Source: Camelus dromedarius (taxonomy: Eukaryota). From it: a DNA stretch of 64,000 bases. The stretch spans positions 108,874,001-108,938,000 of the forward strand of contig NC_087437.1 in NCBI RefSeq assembly GCF_036321535.1, read 5' to 3'. Positions 1-12,172 of the stretch are shown piece by piece. The notes beneath the pieces were generated by a model. It was not told the origin of the DNA. It did not search any database and worked only from the letters and a program-made list of their open reading frames with translations. The translations under genes and the position numbers were made by a program. Positions within the stretch are counted from its first letter, which is position 1; every line of letters starts with the position of its first letter.

Positions 1-59
1 CTCCATACCAGGGCCTCTAGGGCCCAGGGTGACCTAGTTCCTATCTACCTCATGTCCAG

Positions 60-480
60 TTTCTTTTTCACTCACACGGGCCTTCGTTTTGTTCTTGGAA
101 CGTGCCACTCTCATTCCCTCCTTAGAGCTTTCCTGTCAGCTTTTCCCTCTTCCTGGACCACTCTTCTCCCAGACCTCGGCATGAATGAATCTGCTTGTCA
201 TTCAGGTACCATATTAAATCTCACCTCCCAGAGACAGTTTCCTTGATAATTTCATCTAAAGAATCTCCTCAATACCTTTATTCACATCACTGTTTTATTT
301 TCTTCATTACACCTAATATTCTGTTAATTAATTAAAACTACCCCCACCAATGTAATGTAAGAATTACATTCTCAGGAATGTAAACTTCCTGAGAATTTGT
401 ACCAGACATGTTCTTTATTATTATGTCTCCAGCTCTTGGAACAGTGCTTGGCACATAGTAGGTATTCAATCAATGAATGA
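60..480 (+). mobile_element. L2 LINE 3' end fragment
   Basis: Ends in the L2 3' terminus pattern 'cagtgcttggcacatagtaggtattcaatcaatgaatga'; boundaries approximate. Confidence 0.7.
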
Positions 481-484
481 ACCT

Positions 485-615
485 CAATTTTTGGATCAGG
501 AAGCTGAAGCACAGAGAGGTTAAGATATCTATTTTAGGCCACACAGCTTCTAAAGGCTTATGTAGTATTTATTCAGGCTTAATTCCAAAGCCCATTTTCT
601 TAACCACCATGCTAT
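485..615 (-). mobile_element. MIR SINE fragment
   Basis: 'gaagctgaagcacagagaggttaag...ttaaccaccatgcta' is the reverse complement of the MIR core. Confidence 0.7.
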
Positions 616-1406
616 AAGACACTGATCAATAGATCTCTTTACATCAAACTTGGACTCATGTACAGGTAATAGCTGAAAACTAAACTTAGAGGCCCAGGAG
701 AGGGATTCTGGTTTGTTTTAATCTACTAAGTTAATGCATTAAATAGTGCCCATATTTCTCAAAAGTGCTGAATTTCAAGACTGTGCAGTCAGGAGAGAGC
801 AGAGCTGTAAAAACATTTCACTTATGTTCTAATAGTTCTGATCAAGATAGATGCTTTTATTTTTTCAGCAGTTTAACTATGTGAAGTGAACCTTAAAAAG
901 ATACAATTTAGGCTGTTCTAAATATTCTCAATTAAGAAGCTTAAGCATAAGCATGAGAAACAGCAAATAACAAATACTATCACTTTTTGTTATATTCTCC
1001 TGCAAGTGTTTATTTTAAAATATGTAATCTATTTTTAAAAAAAAAGCACAAAGCACACAAGTCTGCAGGCTTGCATTACATTTTCGTCATGTTTTGAATT
1101 ATGTGTAGAAATAAATATAATTTCTGGGTTCTTGTAAGCTCCCTCTCATAAGCTCTCCTTAAGTTATTTCACACCCTGCAAAGTTTAATTTAAGCCTGCT
1201 AGTTTTATTTGATAGGTTAAAAGGAATTAAATTGGTTTTAAAATAAATTATGCTGCAAATAATAAAAATGCTAATAGGAAATGTATTCTATAACACTAAC
1301 ACTATATTTCTTGAGGCTACTGAAGCCCAGTTATAATCATCATTACAGGCAGTCTTAGCCTACAATTGATCAATTTAGGAAATGAGTTTTGGTGATACAG
1401 AGAAAA

Positions 1407-1426
1407 GTGTGTGTGTGTGTGTGTGT
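1407..1426. repeat. (GT)n microsatellite
   Basis: Seen directly. Confidence 0.95.
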
Positions 1427-2779
1427 TGAAGAAGGCAGGGACAGTCCACCTTTAGTGGTCCTGCTTTCTCTGATCTCATGATGATGTGAACTTTCCTTTG
1501 TTTCTTTGTTCTTTAGTTTGGAATCTCAGGGTGTGACTGTCCCAGTGAATCGGCTTCTTCTTCTTTTTTTTTTTTTTGCATCATAGAGGGCTAACAAAAT
1601 GCTGGTGCTGGGCTATTGGGCATAGGTCTTCCTGAGGTACCTCTCATCCCTGAAACAAGAAGCTGAGTAAGACTGTTCATACTGCTTGGGGTAAGGAGGA
1701 TGGGCTCCAGAGGTCCCAAGTTGGGATTTTTATGGTCTTTCCCCATAAAAATACTGTTATATATTCATTCGATAGAGTAGAAATAATGGTGTTATTAGCA
1801 GCCTGTCTCAGATACATTCTAGGTTACTGTGTATTTGCACATTTGCAAACTAGTCCAGGAACAAATGAGAAAAAGATGTCAAATTCTAAACAATCAGCAT
1901 ATAAAACTGCCTCTGGGAAGATAAATATTTTTGAAGTTGATGGCTGCTTATTATGCATTTGACACTATTAGGTTTATAGCTGGTGAATGTTTGTGGTCTT
2001 ATGATTTCTTGACCTTGTCTGCCAGGTTGGTTTCAGACACATGAATGAAGTATTAACCTTGAAAAGAAATCGTATAGAAATAAGCAGCATAGATCTTTAA
2101 GTTGAATTCAACTTTGTGCTTTCTGTCTTTACATAGGATTTATGAACAGGGTGTCTCTGAGCTATGCTAAGGGTGAAAGAAAGAAAAAGATGCAAGGAAA
2201 GAGGGAGAAAAGAAGGAAGGAAAAAAAAGAGGGCAGGAGGGAAGAATAGAAGAAAGGGTTGGTGTGACCTAATAGCAGCTTTCACATTACCACATCTGTT
2301 TCCTTGCCCTTATTTTCATCATCATTGAATCCATCGTGAAAGCTGTAAGTGCAGTAATATGAAATGTAACTCATTCATCCATTTATTCATCTTCATTATT
2401 TTAACGGATTCCTCTGCCTGTTTTTGTCGCCAAATATTTACTAAGTAGCCTGCAGAGGGTGCTCTTTCCTTAGTTTAAACCTTTCCAACCACTTACCAAA
2501 AGAGGATGAGTTTTCTAAGGTCAAAAAAAAAAAAAAAAAAAAAATTAGTGCAAAGAGGCGAAGGACCTACAATCTCTCTTTTCTTTTCTCTTTCAAATGT
2601 TGCAAAATGGGATCTGTCAAAGCATAGGAGACCCAGTTTCTTATAGCTTTTTTACTAAAAGAAAAATCAAATCTTGGTGACCTTTTCTTTATGTGGAGCT
2701 GGGATTGTCAAGCCTGTGTCCTCCCTCGTCAGCTGATGTTTCTCAATTTGCCAAGTCTTTGGAGCTTCCTTTTTCCCTC

Positions 2780-2781
<2 letters not shown>

Positions 2782-2834
<53 letters not shown>
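2782..2834. repeat. (TG)n microsatellite, about 26 units
   Basis: Seen directly; explains the CVCVCV ORFs. Confidence 0.97.
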
Positions 2835-2835
<1 letters not shown>

Positions 2836-2859
2836 CATATTATTCCCTTCCTCCTGTAT

Positions 2860-3210
2860 CAGCGTTGTCCAATAGAGATATTGTGCAATCTGCACTGGTA
2901 ATTAAAAAATTTTTAGTAGTCACATTAAAAGTAAAAGGAAATAGCTACAATTAAATTTTTTACACGTATCAGGTGCAATTTATGTTTAAATATAATTTAT
3001 TTACTCCAATGTATCTCATTTTTATCATTTCAATGTTTAGCCAATATAAAAATACTTATCAGAAATTTTACCTTCTTTTTTTGGTACTAAGTCTTTGAAA
3101 TCCGCTGTGTATTTTACACTTATGGCACATCTCAACTTGGGCTGGTCACTTTCAACTGCATGATAGTCACAGGTAACCTGAGTCACATGTAACTGTATGG
3201 GACAGCACAG
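2860..3210 (+). mobile_element. MER33 (hAT-Charlie non-autonomous DNA transposon)
   Basis: Termini 'cagcgttgtccaatag' and 'gggacagcacag'; internal 'actaagtctttgaaatccgctgtgtattttacactt' matches recalled consensus. Confidence 0.8.
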
Positions 3211-3539
3211 GTCTACAACTTCCTTCTTTCATTCACCATTTCCCCAGCCCCAACCAAACTAGCAGGAAACAGTGGATTACAAAATGGGCTATGTATTCAG
3301 GGACTCACCATGTTTAATTATCTACTTGTTTGGATCATATAGGAAACATGACAGATGACCTGCATTCCTTTGATAGACTGTCATCTACCAGTTCTGAGAT
3401 CTTTTTAATAGGATATAAATAATATTTCTTAGCTTGTCAGTTTTAAGTGGCTCTAATTCTATCACAATGGGAGGTAACAATTTTACTCAAAACCTTCAAT
3501 TTAGTTTTTCTGAGTGTCCATTTTCAAATGCATGATAAT

Positions 3540-3790
3540 AACTACAGTTTATTGTATACTTCTTACCTGCCAATGACTGTGTGCTAGCTGTTTACCCAGA
3601 CGATTCCATTTAATTGTCTCAATAGCTCTTTGGGTTAGAGACTATTATGATCACTTCTGTCTTAAAGATGAGGACACTGAGGATGAGGAGGGTTTGGGAG
3701 TTGGCCAGCGTGACCCAGTGAGAACACGGCAGAGCAGGGATTTCACGCTGGGTCTGCAGGATTCTGTATCCCAGCTTCTTTGACTTAATG
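3540..3790 (-). mobile_element. MIR SINE
   Basis: 'agatgaggacactgagg...ggtttgggagttggccagcgtgacccag' resembles the reverse MIR core. Confidence 0.6.
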
Positions 3791-4223
3791 CGTTGTATTT
3801 CCCAAGTTGTGGAGTATATTACCTGCAAGTTTAGGATGTTGGTAGAGAGTAGAATTCTACAAATGGAAGAAATCCTAGAGTTCCTGTAATCAGATCTCTC
3901 TGTTTTATAGGAAACACACATAAACACACACACACAAACCCAAACCCAAACCCAAACCTAAGGTCAAGGGAGGCTGAGTGGTTTCTCCTTTCACTATTCA
4001 GGTTTAGAATCCAGGCCTTCTGACTCCAAGCCCAGTGCTCTTTCCTCTGATTAGAAACATTTCCAGATTTAGAGTCCAGTTTATAGGACCATTAACAGTC
4101 CTCTCTAAAAAGGAGGCAAGAGGTTTCAAATTCTTCTCAGGGCAAAACAGAACTGACAGCAAAAGGTTTGTTTGGGGTCATTTGTCTCATCGTGACTTTG
4201 ATTTGGCCTTGATCTTTATTTAG

Positions 4224-4363
4224 CACGTCAATTTTATGCTCTGTGACAAGTTTGGCCATGTCGAGGACCATCCAAAGGTCAGCGAGTTGGCTGCTGGCGA
4301 TTGGATGCTCCCTCTGAAGCCAAAGTCTATTACTGTGCTGTGGAAATCCCCGGCTCACCTCTG
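4224..4363 (+). pseudogene. MAP3K7CL: Degenerate homologue of the upstream coding exon of the human MAP3K7CL long isoform
   Basis: After acceptor 'ctttatttag' reads TSILCSVTSLAM / EDHPKVSELAAGDWMLPLKPKSITV / VEIPGSPL in three frames; recalled human: SISVLCSATSLAMLEDNPKVSKLATGDWMLTLKPKSITVPVEIPSSPL; two frameshifts and no GT donor after CCTCTG. Confidence 0.75.
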
Positions 4364-4899
4364 CAGGAGGATTGCGTCCACTCTCTGGAAGTTGTGGGCG
4401 TTGCAGGCTTTTTGCACCCTGCTGCGTCCCTGGGAGCCTGATGCTGGTCGTCAGCAATTCATTCTGCCGGGACCTGGGTCACGGCGGGTCGATGGTTCTC
4501 TGGTGTTCTGGGCATCTCTTTCACTCTCATTCAGCCAGTGATTCTGATTATGTTTCACATTCTCATCAGGGGCTGTGGTCTGGAGGAGAAAGACTTTCTG
4601 AATTTCTTAATTGTGCTGTTTTTTTCTTCTCTGATTTGAGTACAAATCTCCCCGACGTCTTGACTAAGGCTCATAAAGCTTTTATTTCCATGTACTAGCT
4701 CATGCCAACATCTGTAAATAACCTTCCCCTAATCTTGACTATACAACACATTTTTCATATTCAACAGTATGTTTAAGTATTCCTACAACCCTTACTTCTC
4801 AGCCAAGATTGAATTTATTCCAAGAGCAATGATACTGTTCACAGCTAGAAATATCCCCTCCATAATCTGTTTAATGAGAAAATTCTCTTTATCTGTGAA

Positions 4900-5070
4900 A
4901 AAGAATGATGTGGGTTTGAGTTCTGCCACTTACCTTGGGCACATCCAGGGACCTTTATAAATCTCAGTTTCTTTACCAGTAATACAAGAACGATAATAAT
5001 TACCTTCCTCATAGGATACATGTGAGGAACAAATGACATATATGAAAGAGCTCTGCAAAGTGTAAACTAT
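4900..5070 (+). mobile_element. MIR SINE
   Basis: 'gggtttgagttctgccacttaccttgggc...ctcagtttcttt...cctcataggat'. Confidence 0.65.
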
Positions 5071-5199
5071 TCAAACCTTACTTTATGTCACAAGGTCACA
5101 TGTTTGTGAACATGTGAATGCATGTATGTTATGGATATGATTGTTTTTATTTCATGATTTGGGCTCGGACTAATCTAGGTCATAGTTATCACTGTAGGG

Positions 5200-6100
5200 C
5201 AGTGGTTCTCAACTGGGGGCAATTTTGTACCCCAGGGGATACCTATCAATGTCTAGAGATATTTGGGGGTCTCATATAAGAAGGATGGTGCTGAAATCTA
5301 GTAGGTAGTGAAATGGGGCAGGACCCTGAGGGGGCTTCCCCCTTCATCATGTCCTTCACCTGCCGTGTCCATAGAAAAATGTTAGTCAAAGAAAAAGTTT
5401 AATCAGAGAAATAAGAAAACACAGAAACGAAGGGAAATAGTTAAGCAAAACAGAATAATAATAATTTAGTCATCAAATAAAGTCAAGGACCTTTAGTTCC
5501 GCCTCAAGGGCTATAGGTAATATTCTGAGCCATATCCTTTGAGCTGTCTTTTAGTATATCTGACACCCTCAGCAGATGAGAGAAGTTAACTATATGATGA
5601 CCAGACTGTAGCCATGACATAAGCTGCCACAATTCCAAGAAATGACCTCAAAGAAATGAGAACAAGTTGACTCTGGAACTGAAGATTAATTGCACTTAAA
5701 ACAATCAAGATGGCGCTGTTCAGACCACTGCATGACTAACTTCAAGATGACTGTCAGGGCTGACTGTGCTGTTCTGCATGTAGCCCCCTCCCTCTGCCTG
5801 TATACCTTTGAAACTCCCCTTTATAAGCTCTTGCCAACTGATTGTCAGTAGCAGGAGAGTTGGCCTTTGGACAGGAGTCCACCCTCCCCTACCTGGTTGC
5901 CGGCCTCTGGAATATAGTAAACTTTCCTCTCCACCAACACTTGCCTCTGTTGGCTTTTGAGCAGCGAGCAGCCAGACCCAAGCTTCAGTAACAGTAGAGG
6001 CCAGAGACTCATCTAAACATCCTGAAATGCACAGGATAGCCCCCACAACAAAGAATTATCTGTCCTAAAATGTCAATGGTACAGAGTTTGAGGAGCTCCC
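5200..6100 (+). mobile_element. MER20 (hAT-Charlie), split by a solo LTR into 5200-5308 and 5994-6100
   Basis: 5' 'cagtggttctcaactgggggcaattttg' and 3' 'gaggccagagac...cacaggatagcccccacaacaaagaattatc' are contiguous in the MER20 consensus. Confidence 0.85.
5309..5993 (+). mobile_element. Solo ERV1-class LTR (685 bp, MER41-like 3' end)
   Basis: TG...CA termini, 4-bp TSD 'gtag' (5305-5308 and 5994-5997), TATA-like 'ttataag' near 5821, degenerate polyA signal near 5911. Confidence 0.85.
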
Positions 6101-6106
6101 CTTGAG

Positions 6107-6292
6107 AGCACTCTCAAACTTGAGCATCTGTCAGTTTCACCTGGGAAGGTTGTTACAGTGTGAATTGCTGGACTTTATTCCTACATTTTCCGATTCAGAA
6201 GGTCCAGGGTGGAGTCCAGGGATTTGAATTTGTGAGAAGTTTTAGGTGATGGTAATGTTGCTGGTCCCGGGGCCACACTCTGAGAACCATTG
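6107..6292. mobile_element. MER5A (hAT-Charlie)
   Basis: 'ctctcaaacttgagcat...ccacactctgagaaccattg' termini. Confidence 0.75.
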
Positions 6293-6349
6293 CTGGAGAC
6301 AATTCCATCAGTATGCACTGGTTGATTTCAGGGGCTGCTTTGCTTAGCC

Positions 6350-6970
6350 TAGTGGGCAAACCGGCATTTTTACTTGTTAAATGGTGCAAAATTTGTACCA
6401 TCTCGGGGAGGAGTCTGGCTCTGGGACCAAATTCCATGTGTGATCTATGTATAATTATAGGCAACTACAAGGCTTTGCTTGGCAGGTCTCCTGGAGGAAA
6501 CCTGCTCTCCTCACTCCAGACTCAGTGCATTACAGTTTCCTGGGGGAAGTTGCATGGAAGGACTCCACTCCCCGTACCCCTGTGACCATATAAATAGCTG
6601 TCCTCCTAGCTCAGGGGCCTCCATTCTGAGGCCTCTTTAATGCGTGCCTTGGCTAAGATACTTCTCCGTTTGACTTACCTTTCCACTCTGAGCCCTTCCT
6701 CCTTCCCTTTGCCCCAGCCAATGGGGTCCATAAATAGGCAGGAGCCTTTGGTTTAGGGCACCTTTTGCTTGTGGGCCAATTCCTTTGTTCTGCATGTCAT
6801 GTGAACCTCACCTGTGCTGTTCCCTGGGACAAAATGGAACAAGGTGGAGCTGAAGCCTTTCTCTTTTGCCTCTTGCTTGCACTGTTGTAGTAAGAGAATA
6901 AAACCTTGACTGTTATTCTCAGTTTGAGTCACTGTCCTAATTGGCCACGTTGAAACCTGATTGTCCAACA
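6350..6970 (+). mobile_element. Probable old LTR (ERVL-like)
   Basis: TATA-like 'cataaatagg' near 6730, AATAAA near 6897, ends '...tgtccaaca'; family and 5' end uncertain. Confidence 0.45.
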
Positions 6971-7072
6971 GCTAGTATTAAGTATTTTTCTTTACCTCCA
7001 GTCTCCCCTCAACCCATGTGCTGTCAATACAAATGTTATGGTGCAAAAGTATCTGGTGTTACTGACTACTCC

Positions 7073-7238
7073 ACAGCAGTGACTCTCAACCTTGGCTGTA
7101 TGTTGGCATTGACTGGGAATCTTGTTAAAATGTGATTTCTAATTCAATAGGTCTGAGCTGGGGCTGAAGATGCTACATTTCTGAAAGCGCTGAGATGATG
7201 TCAATTCTGCTGGTGCAGGGACCACACTTTGAGTGGCA
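7073..7238. mobile_element. MER5-family hAT element
   Basis: 'cagtgactctcaaccttggctg...gggaccacactttgagt'. Confidence 0.7.
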
Positions 7239-7661
7239 AAACTGAAGTTGCGGGAAAGTAACAATTTCATTAAGAGAATTAGAATAAATATATGCAGACA
7301 CACAATCACAATTAGAGTGATACCACTCAGTGGTATCTGCTGTTACAAAGATAAAATAATTGAGGTGATTTTAGAGCAGCGCTGCTCCACCCAGTCTGCA
7401 CCCAAGGAGCTTGTAATTTTTAGCATGGAAACATATTTTTGGAAGCAGTTGTTTGGAGTGAGAAGTAAGCAGGATCAGAAGTCAAAGATCACAGTTCTGG
7501 CCTAGTAACTGGCATTCTGAGCTGTGGGATCTTAGAGATCGCCCAGCTTGATTCTGTTGGTTAAAAAGTAGAGATGAAAATGTATAGCACGCTTTGACAA
7601 TCTATTGACAATACTCACAGATTTGTTGTCAGTTTCAAACGAGGATGTAAAAGAGAAAACA

Positions 7662-8070
7662 CCATTCACTCATTTGTTCATACCAAATATTCGTTAGGTA
7701 CCTCCTCTGAGCCAGAAATTATTCTAGGTGCTGGGGAGGACATCAGTGAAAAAGAGGTGTAGTCCCTGGCCTCATGGAGAAAGGAGTCTAGTGGAGAAGA
7801 CAAGCATCACAGAGGTGATGATAATAAACTAGGGTAAGTGCTATGATGGGGGAAGCACAGGGCACCATGGGAGTTCACAGCAGGTGAATTTCCTTATCTG
7901 AAAGTCAGGGAGAACCTCCATAAGAAAGGGATGTTCAAGCTGAGAACTGAAGGCAAGGGCTCCTGGCAGAGTGGTGATATATCCAAAGGCCCCCTGGTTA
8001 AGAGCTCAGTGACCGGGGAGAATGTCTGAGCACGGCTGGAGCATGGAGAGTGAAGGAGAGTGTGGGTCTT
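7662..8070 (-). mobile_element. L2 LINE fragment
   Basis: 'cattcactcatttgttcatac...ctaggtgctgggg...ccctggcctcatggag' is the reverse L2 3' end. Confidence 0.7.
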
Positions 8071-9375
8071 TAGGAGGTTGGACAGCTGCTGTACTCAGGA
8101 CACACAGAGTTGCAGGTGGGTGAAGTCCAACTCTTAGAGCTGGAGTGTAAAAGGGAAACTGTTGGCTGACTGAAGTCCATGAGTGGAGCTGGCCTCAAGG
8201 GGGTGAAACGATATCATCAGGTCTGTTTCTTTGCTCTCTTCCTCACCTCCATCTCAGAGGAGCTTCCTCCACATGGTTGGGAAATGGCAGGTCATGATTA
8301 GAGGTGGTTCAAGGTTTACAGCATCAGTTCAGCTACAGCAAAGGAAAGTAAGTTCTCCTTTCTTCCAGGATGTGTGTAAAATAAGAACTCTGATTTCATC
8401 ATGTTATCATTCTAGGCCAGTGATTGTGGCTGGAGCCTGGGAGGATTACTGTGATTGGCTATCCCAACAAAATCACAAGTAGAGAGAAAGGAGTTGCTTT
8501 GATTAGAAAAAAAGGGGCAAGGTGAAGCTGAAGAGACAGAACCAAAATAATACTCACTGCAAGTATCCAGTAGGAATATAGAGGGAGAATGCATGCCACA
8601 ATAAGACCTTGAACTTTTTCCTAACTGCAGCTTAGATGAAAGGTTTGGTTTTGAATACATTGTTGAAGTGTACGTGGACTATATGGTAGCCAGCAGATAT
8701 TTGGAGTTTACCTAAGGGAAAATGAGAAAAGAAGAAAAAGGAAGAAAAGGAAAAATAAAATAATTTCAAATAAATTGAAATTATTACTGTGGCACTGAAA
8801 ATGTGAGCTAGGACAAAATTAGAATTTATTTTCAATTTTAATATCACCACTGCAATCCCTCTTAAGTTGACCTTGAAATGTCTGCCAAGTACCTGTGGTT
8901 TGAAATTTCGGTTCTGAGGTTAGAAGACTGTCAGATTTATTACCAATTTGTTTTAGGTTGTAGCCTTCCTTCTGAGTCCTTTGGAATTAATTGTTTCTCC
9001 TATAGGCATTATGGTCAAGCACATGATATGTAGTTACCACAGCAATTGGTTTCACATGAATTAAGCAGAGGAGCAATATTCCCACTTAATTAAAACATGC
9101 AAGGATATAATTTAGATTATATTTACAATTGGTCAAAATAGGTTTCCCATTAAAGTTATAATATTGGGATTAACAGAAGTAGAAGAGCCCTGATAATTTT
9201 TTTTCCCAGGTTTTAGCTCAGTCAACAGAAACTGGTCAAGCAGTTAAGATCAGACAAGATCATAAAAACGTATGTGAAGGCAAATTGTAGGTTCTGTAAA
9301 CTGCACCGGTGTAATCTGAATGGGTTATAGGGGAAAACATCTAGGGTGTATGTTACCTAGACTTGCACCCTCCAA

Positions 9376-9553
9376 TATGGTAACTATATACGTTTGAATT
9401 AATTAACATTAAACAAAATAAAAAATTCAGTTCCCTAGTCACACTAGGCACCCTTCAAGTGCTCAGTAGGCTTATGTGGCTACTGCCCACCATATTGGAC
9501 AGCTACTGTAAGGAAATCTTTCATCATCACTGGAAGTTCTATTCGACAGCACT
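9376..9553. mobile_element. MER3 (hAT-Charlie)
   Basis: 'aaattcagttccctagtcacactag...ttcaagtgctcagtag...catcatcactggaagttctattcgacagcac'. Confidence 0.75.
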
Positions 9554-9899
9554 AATCTAGTCAGCATTGATAGGCCAAGTTCCCTTTCTTTGGAGTTGAA
9601 TAAGCTAAATACAAAATTTAAAAGGGATTTTTCTCTCTCCTCCTGCCCCAGGGTAAGTGCTGTCAACCCTACCTTTAAATCACATTCCCAGATCTACCCT
9701 CTTCTCTCCTTTTCCATCGCTACCCTCTGAGTCCAAGCCATTATTATCTCCCATTTGTACAGTCACACGGGGCTCCTGAATCACTTCCTCGTTTTCCTTC
9801 ATTCCATTTATATATGGTCTCCATAGAGCAGCCAGGGTGATCCTTAAAAAACAGATCAAATGTAAATTTCTTTTAAAAAAAGGAATGCAAAGGAAGGAA

Positions 9900-10140
9900 A
9901 TCAAACATTTATTGAATTCCCACTTTTTGCACCACAGTGTGCTGTTCTTTTAAGCAAACAATCTTCCTTAATTTTCATAATAATAAGTAAGGGAGGTATT
10001 CCTTCCCTTTTGCAAAGGTGGAAATTAAGGTTCATAGAAAGCAAGTAACTTGCCTGTGTTCACCTAGCTAGTAAGTGGCAGAGCTGTTGAAGAAATGAGT
10101 GAATGATCAGACAGCAAAGTCCACGAGCTTCAACTAGACT
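9900..10140 (-). mobile_element. MIR SINE
   Basis: 'aagtaacttgcctgtgttcacctagctagtaagtggcagagct'. Confidence 0.7.
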
Positions 10141-10342
10141 GACTTGCCAAACATTGTTAAACCCTAAAGGAGATTTGTTATTGGGTTTCCTTCTTTTGAA
10201 GAAGAGAGGGACTCTTTGTATCTTTATCTACTTTATCTGTTTGTTTATCTGTACTTTGCATCCAGAGTCATAAGGACAGCAGTCTCCTGATCACAGGAGA
10301 GTCAAAGGTGTCTATTCCTTTGAAAAAAATGACAGGTGGAAT

Positions 10343-10470
10343 TTTTTTGGGGGGGTGGAGGGAGGTAGTTAGGCTCTTATTTATTTATTTAATGGAGGTA
10401 CTTGGGATTGAACCCAGGACCTCGTGCATGCTCAGCACACACTCCACCCCTGAGCTACACCCACCTCCCT
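10343..10470 (-). mobile_element. Camelid tRNA-derived SINE (Vic-1-like)
   Basis: Reverse B box 'gggattgaacc', reverse A box 'ctgagcta', AT-rich tail, degenerate TSD gacaggtggaatt / gccaggtagagtt. Confidence 0.85.
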
Positions 10471-11479
10471 GCCAGGTAGAGTTTTGATACAGCTTATACT
10501 TGAAAAGTTTCCCTCCTTGACCACATTAGGCCATTATCCTAGGGTTTAAGGCAGTAGCTCCCCCCCCCACCTTTTTTTTGGTCTGAAGCGTAGCTTAAAA
10601 TACTAGTGTTTGAAGGCATCCAAAAAAGTTTGCAAGATTAAAAACAGAAAGCCAGTAAAAATGATAACGAAGCATAATAAAGAAAAACAACATCTCAGTA
10701 TATGTAAATACAACCACAGTTATCACACTGCTGATTATGGCGTCCCTCTTTCACACCATGCTTTCTCTTTCTCTGCACTGGACCACGTGCTCTGTCTGTC
10801 ACATCACTACATTAAATGTGTGCATATTGCAGCAAAAGTAAGTTTTATTACTTTTATCACATTTGTTGCAGCTGGGGGGATCTCTGTGAAGAAACTGCAG
10901 CTTAGCAGTTGGTGAGAGTAGAGGGCTGTTTGTTTGCTCGTAAGAAATATACCTCACCCCCCGCCCCCCTTTTATCTTCTGAGTGGCAGCACCGGGACAT
11001 ATAGGAAGCTGTTACTTTGGTTGCTTAAACAAAGAAGATTCCCAAGCCTCAGTGGTTTTGAACTTCCTTTTTAGGGGATTGGATTTTAACACAAAACAAT
11101 TCCATGACTCTTTGTCTTGAATAAGACATCTTTTGCTTGCTTTCCTGGTAAGAGACCTTGAGTTCCAGGGGTCATACGACAAAATCAAGGTAATGAGGAT
11201 ATTTCTGTATGTTTCTCTTAGGACTCTCTGCCAAATTCCTCTCTTATCATATAGGTTTGCAGTCTTCCCAGGTTTCCAACCCTCAGGCCATGCAGTGGCT
11301 TTAGTTTATGTTGAAGTTTCCCATCAGCACAAACTCTTGCCATGACGCTATTTACATTTTTTTTTACTCCTTAATATACATTTTCTTGCAAACCAGTCTC
11401 AGCCCTTGTACTTATCCTTCAAGGCCATGCTACTCAGAGGGTGAGTGTCAGCATCAGTTCAAAGGATCCTTTAAAAACA

Positions 11480-12172
11480 ACAGATAATTCCACTTCTGGG
11501 TATTTATTCCAAGGAAATGAAAACACTAACTTGAAAATGTATCTGCACCCATCCATGTTCACTGCAGCATTATTTACAGTAGCCAAGACATGGAAACAAC
11601 CTAAACATCCACTGATGCATGAAAGGATAAAGAAAACGTGATATATGCAATGGAGTATTATTCAGCCATAAAAAGAGAGAAATCTTGTGACATTTGTGAC
11701 AGCTTGGATGGACTCTAAAGGCATTATGCTAAATGAAATAAATCAGATAGAGAAAAACAAATACTGTATGATTTCTTTTCTGTGGAATCTTAAAAAAAAA
11801 AAAAAAGACCCTGCGCTCACAGATGCAGAGGACAGATTCGCGGTTACCAGAGGGCCAGGGGTGGGGATGTGTGTGGTGGTGAAATGGGTGAAGGTGGTCA
11901 AAGGTACAAACTTCCAGTCATGAAACAAATCAGCCCTGGGGTTGTAACAGACGGCATGGTGACTATAGTTAATAATACTGTGCTGTGTGTTTGAAAGTTG
12001 TTAACAGAGTAGACCTTAAACCTTTTGTTACAGGAAAAAAATTGTTAACTATATGTGGTGATGGACGTTAACCAGACTTCCTGTAACTGTTTTGAAATAT
12101 ATACCAATATCGATCATGTTGTACACCTGAAACTACTATAATGTTGTATGTCAATTATATTCAGTTGAAAAA
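11480..12172 (+). mobile_element. L1 (L1MA/MB-type) ORF2 end plus 3'UTR
   Basis: ORF2 C-terminal remnant 'MFTAALFTVAKTWKQPKHP'; L1 3'UTR ending 'gtcaattatattcagttgaaaaaa'. Confidence 0.9.

Noticed and set aside
2691..2954. Cys/Val-repeat ORFs
   Set aside because: Translation of the (TG)n microsatellite
3936..3960. (CCCAAA)n telomere-like hexamer run
   Set aside because: Only 3-4 units, not TTAGGG; grows out of an adjacent (CA)n tract
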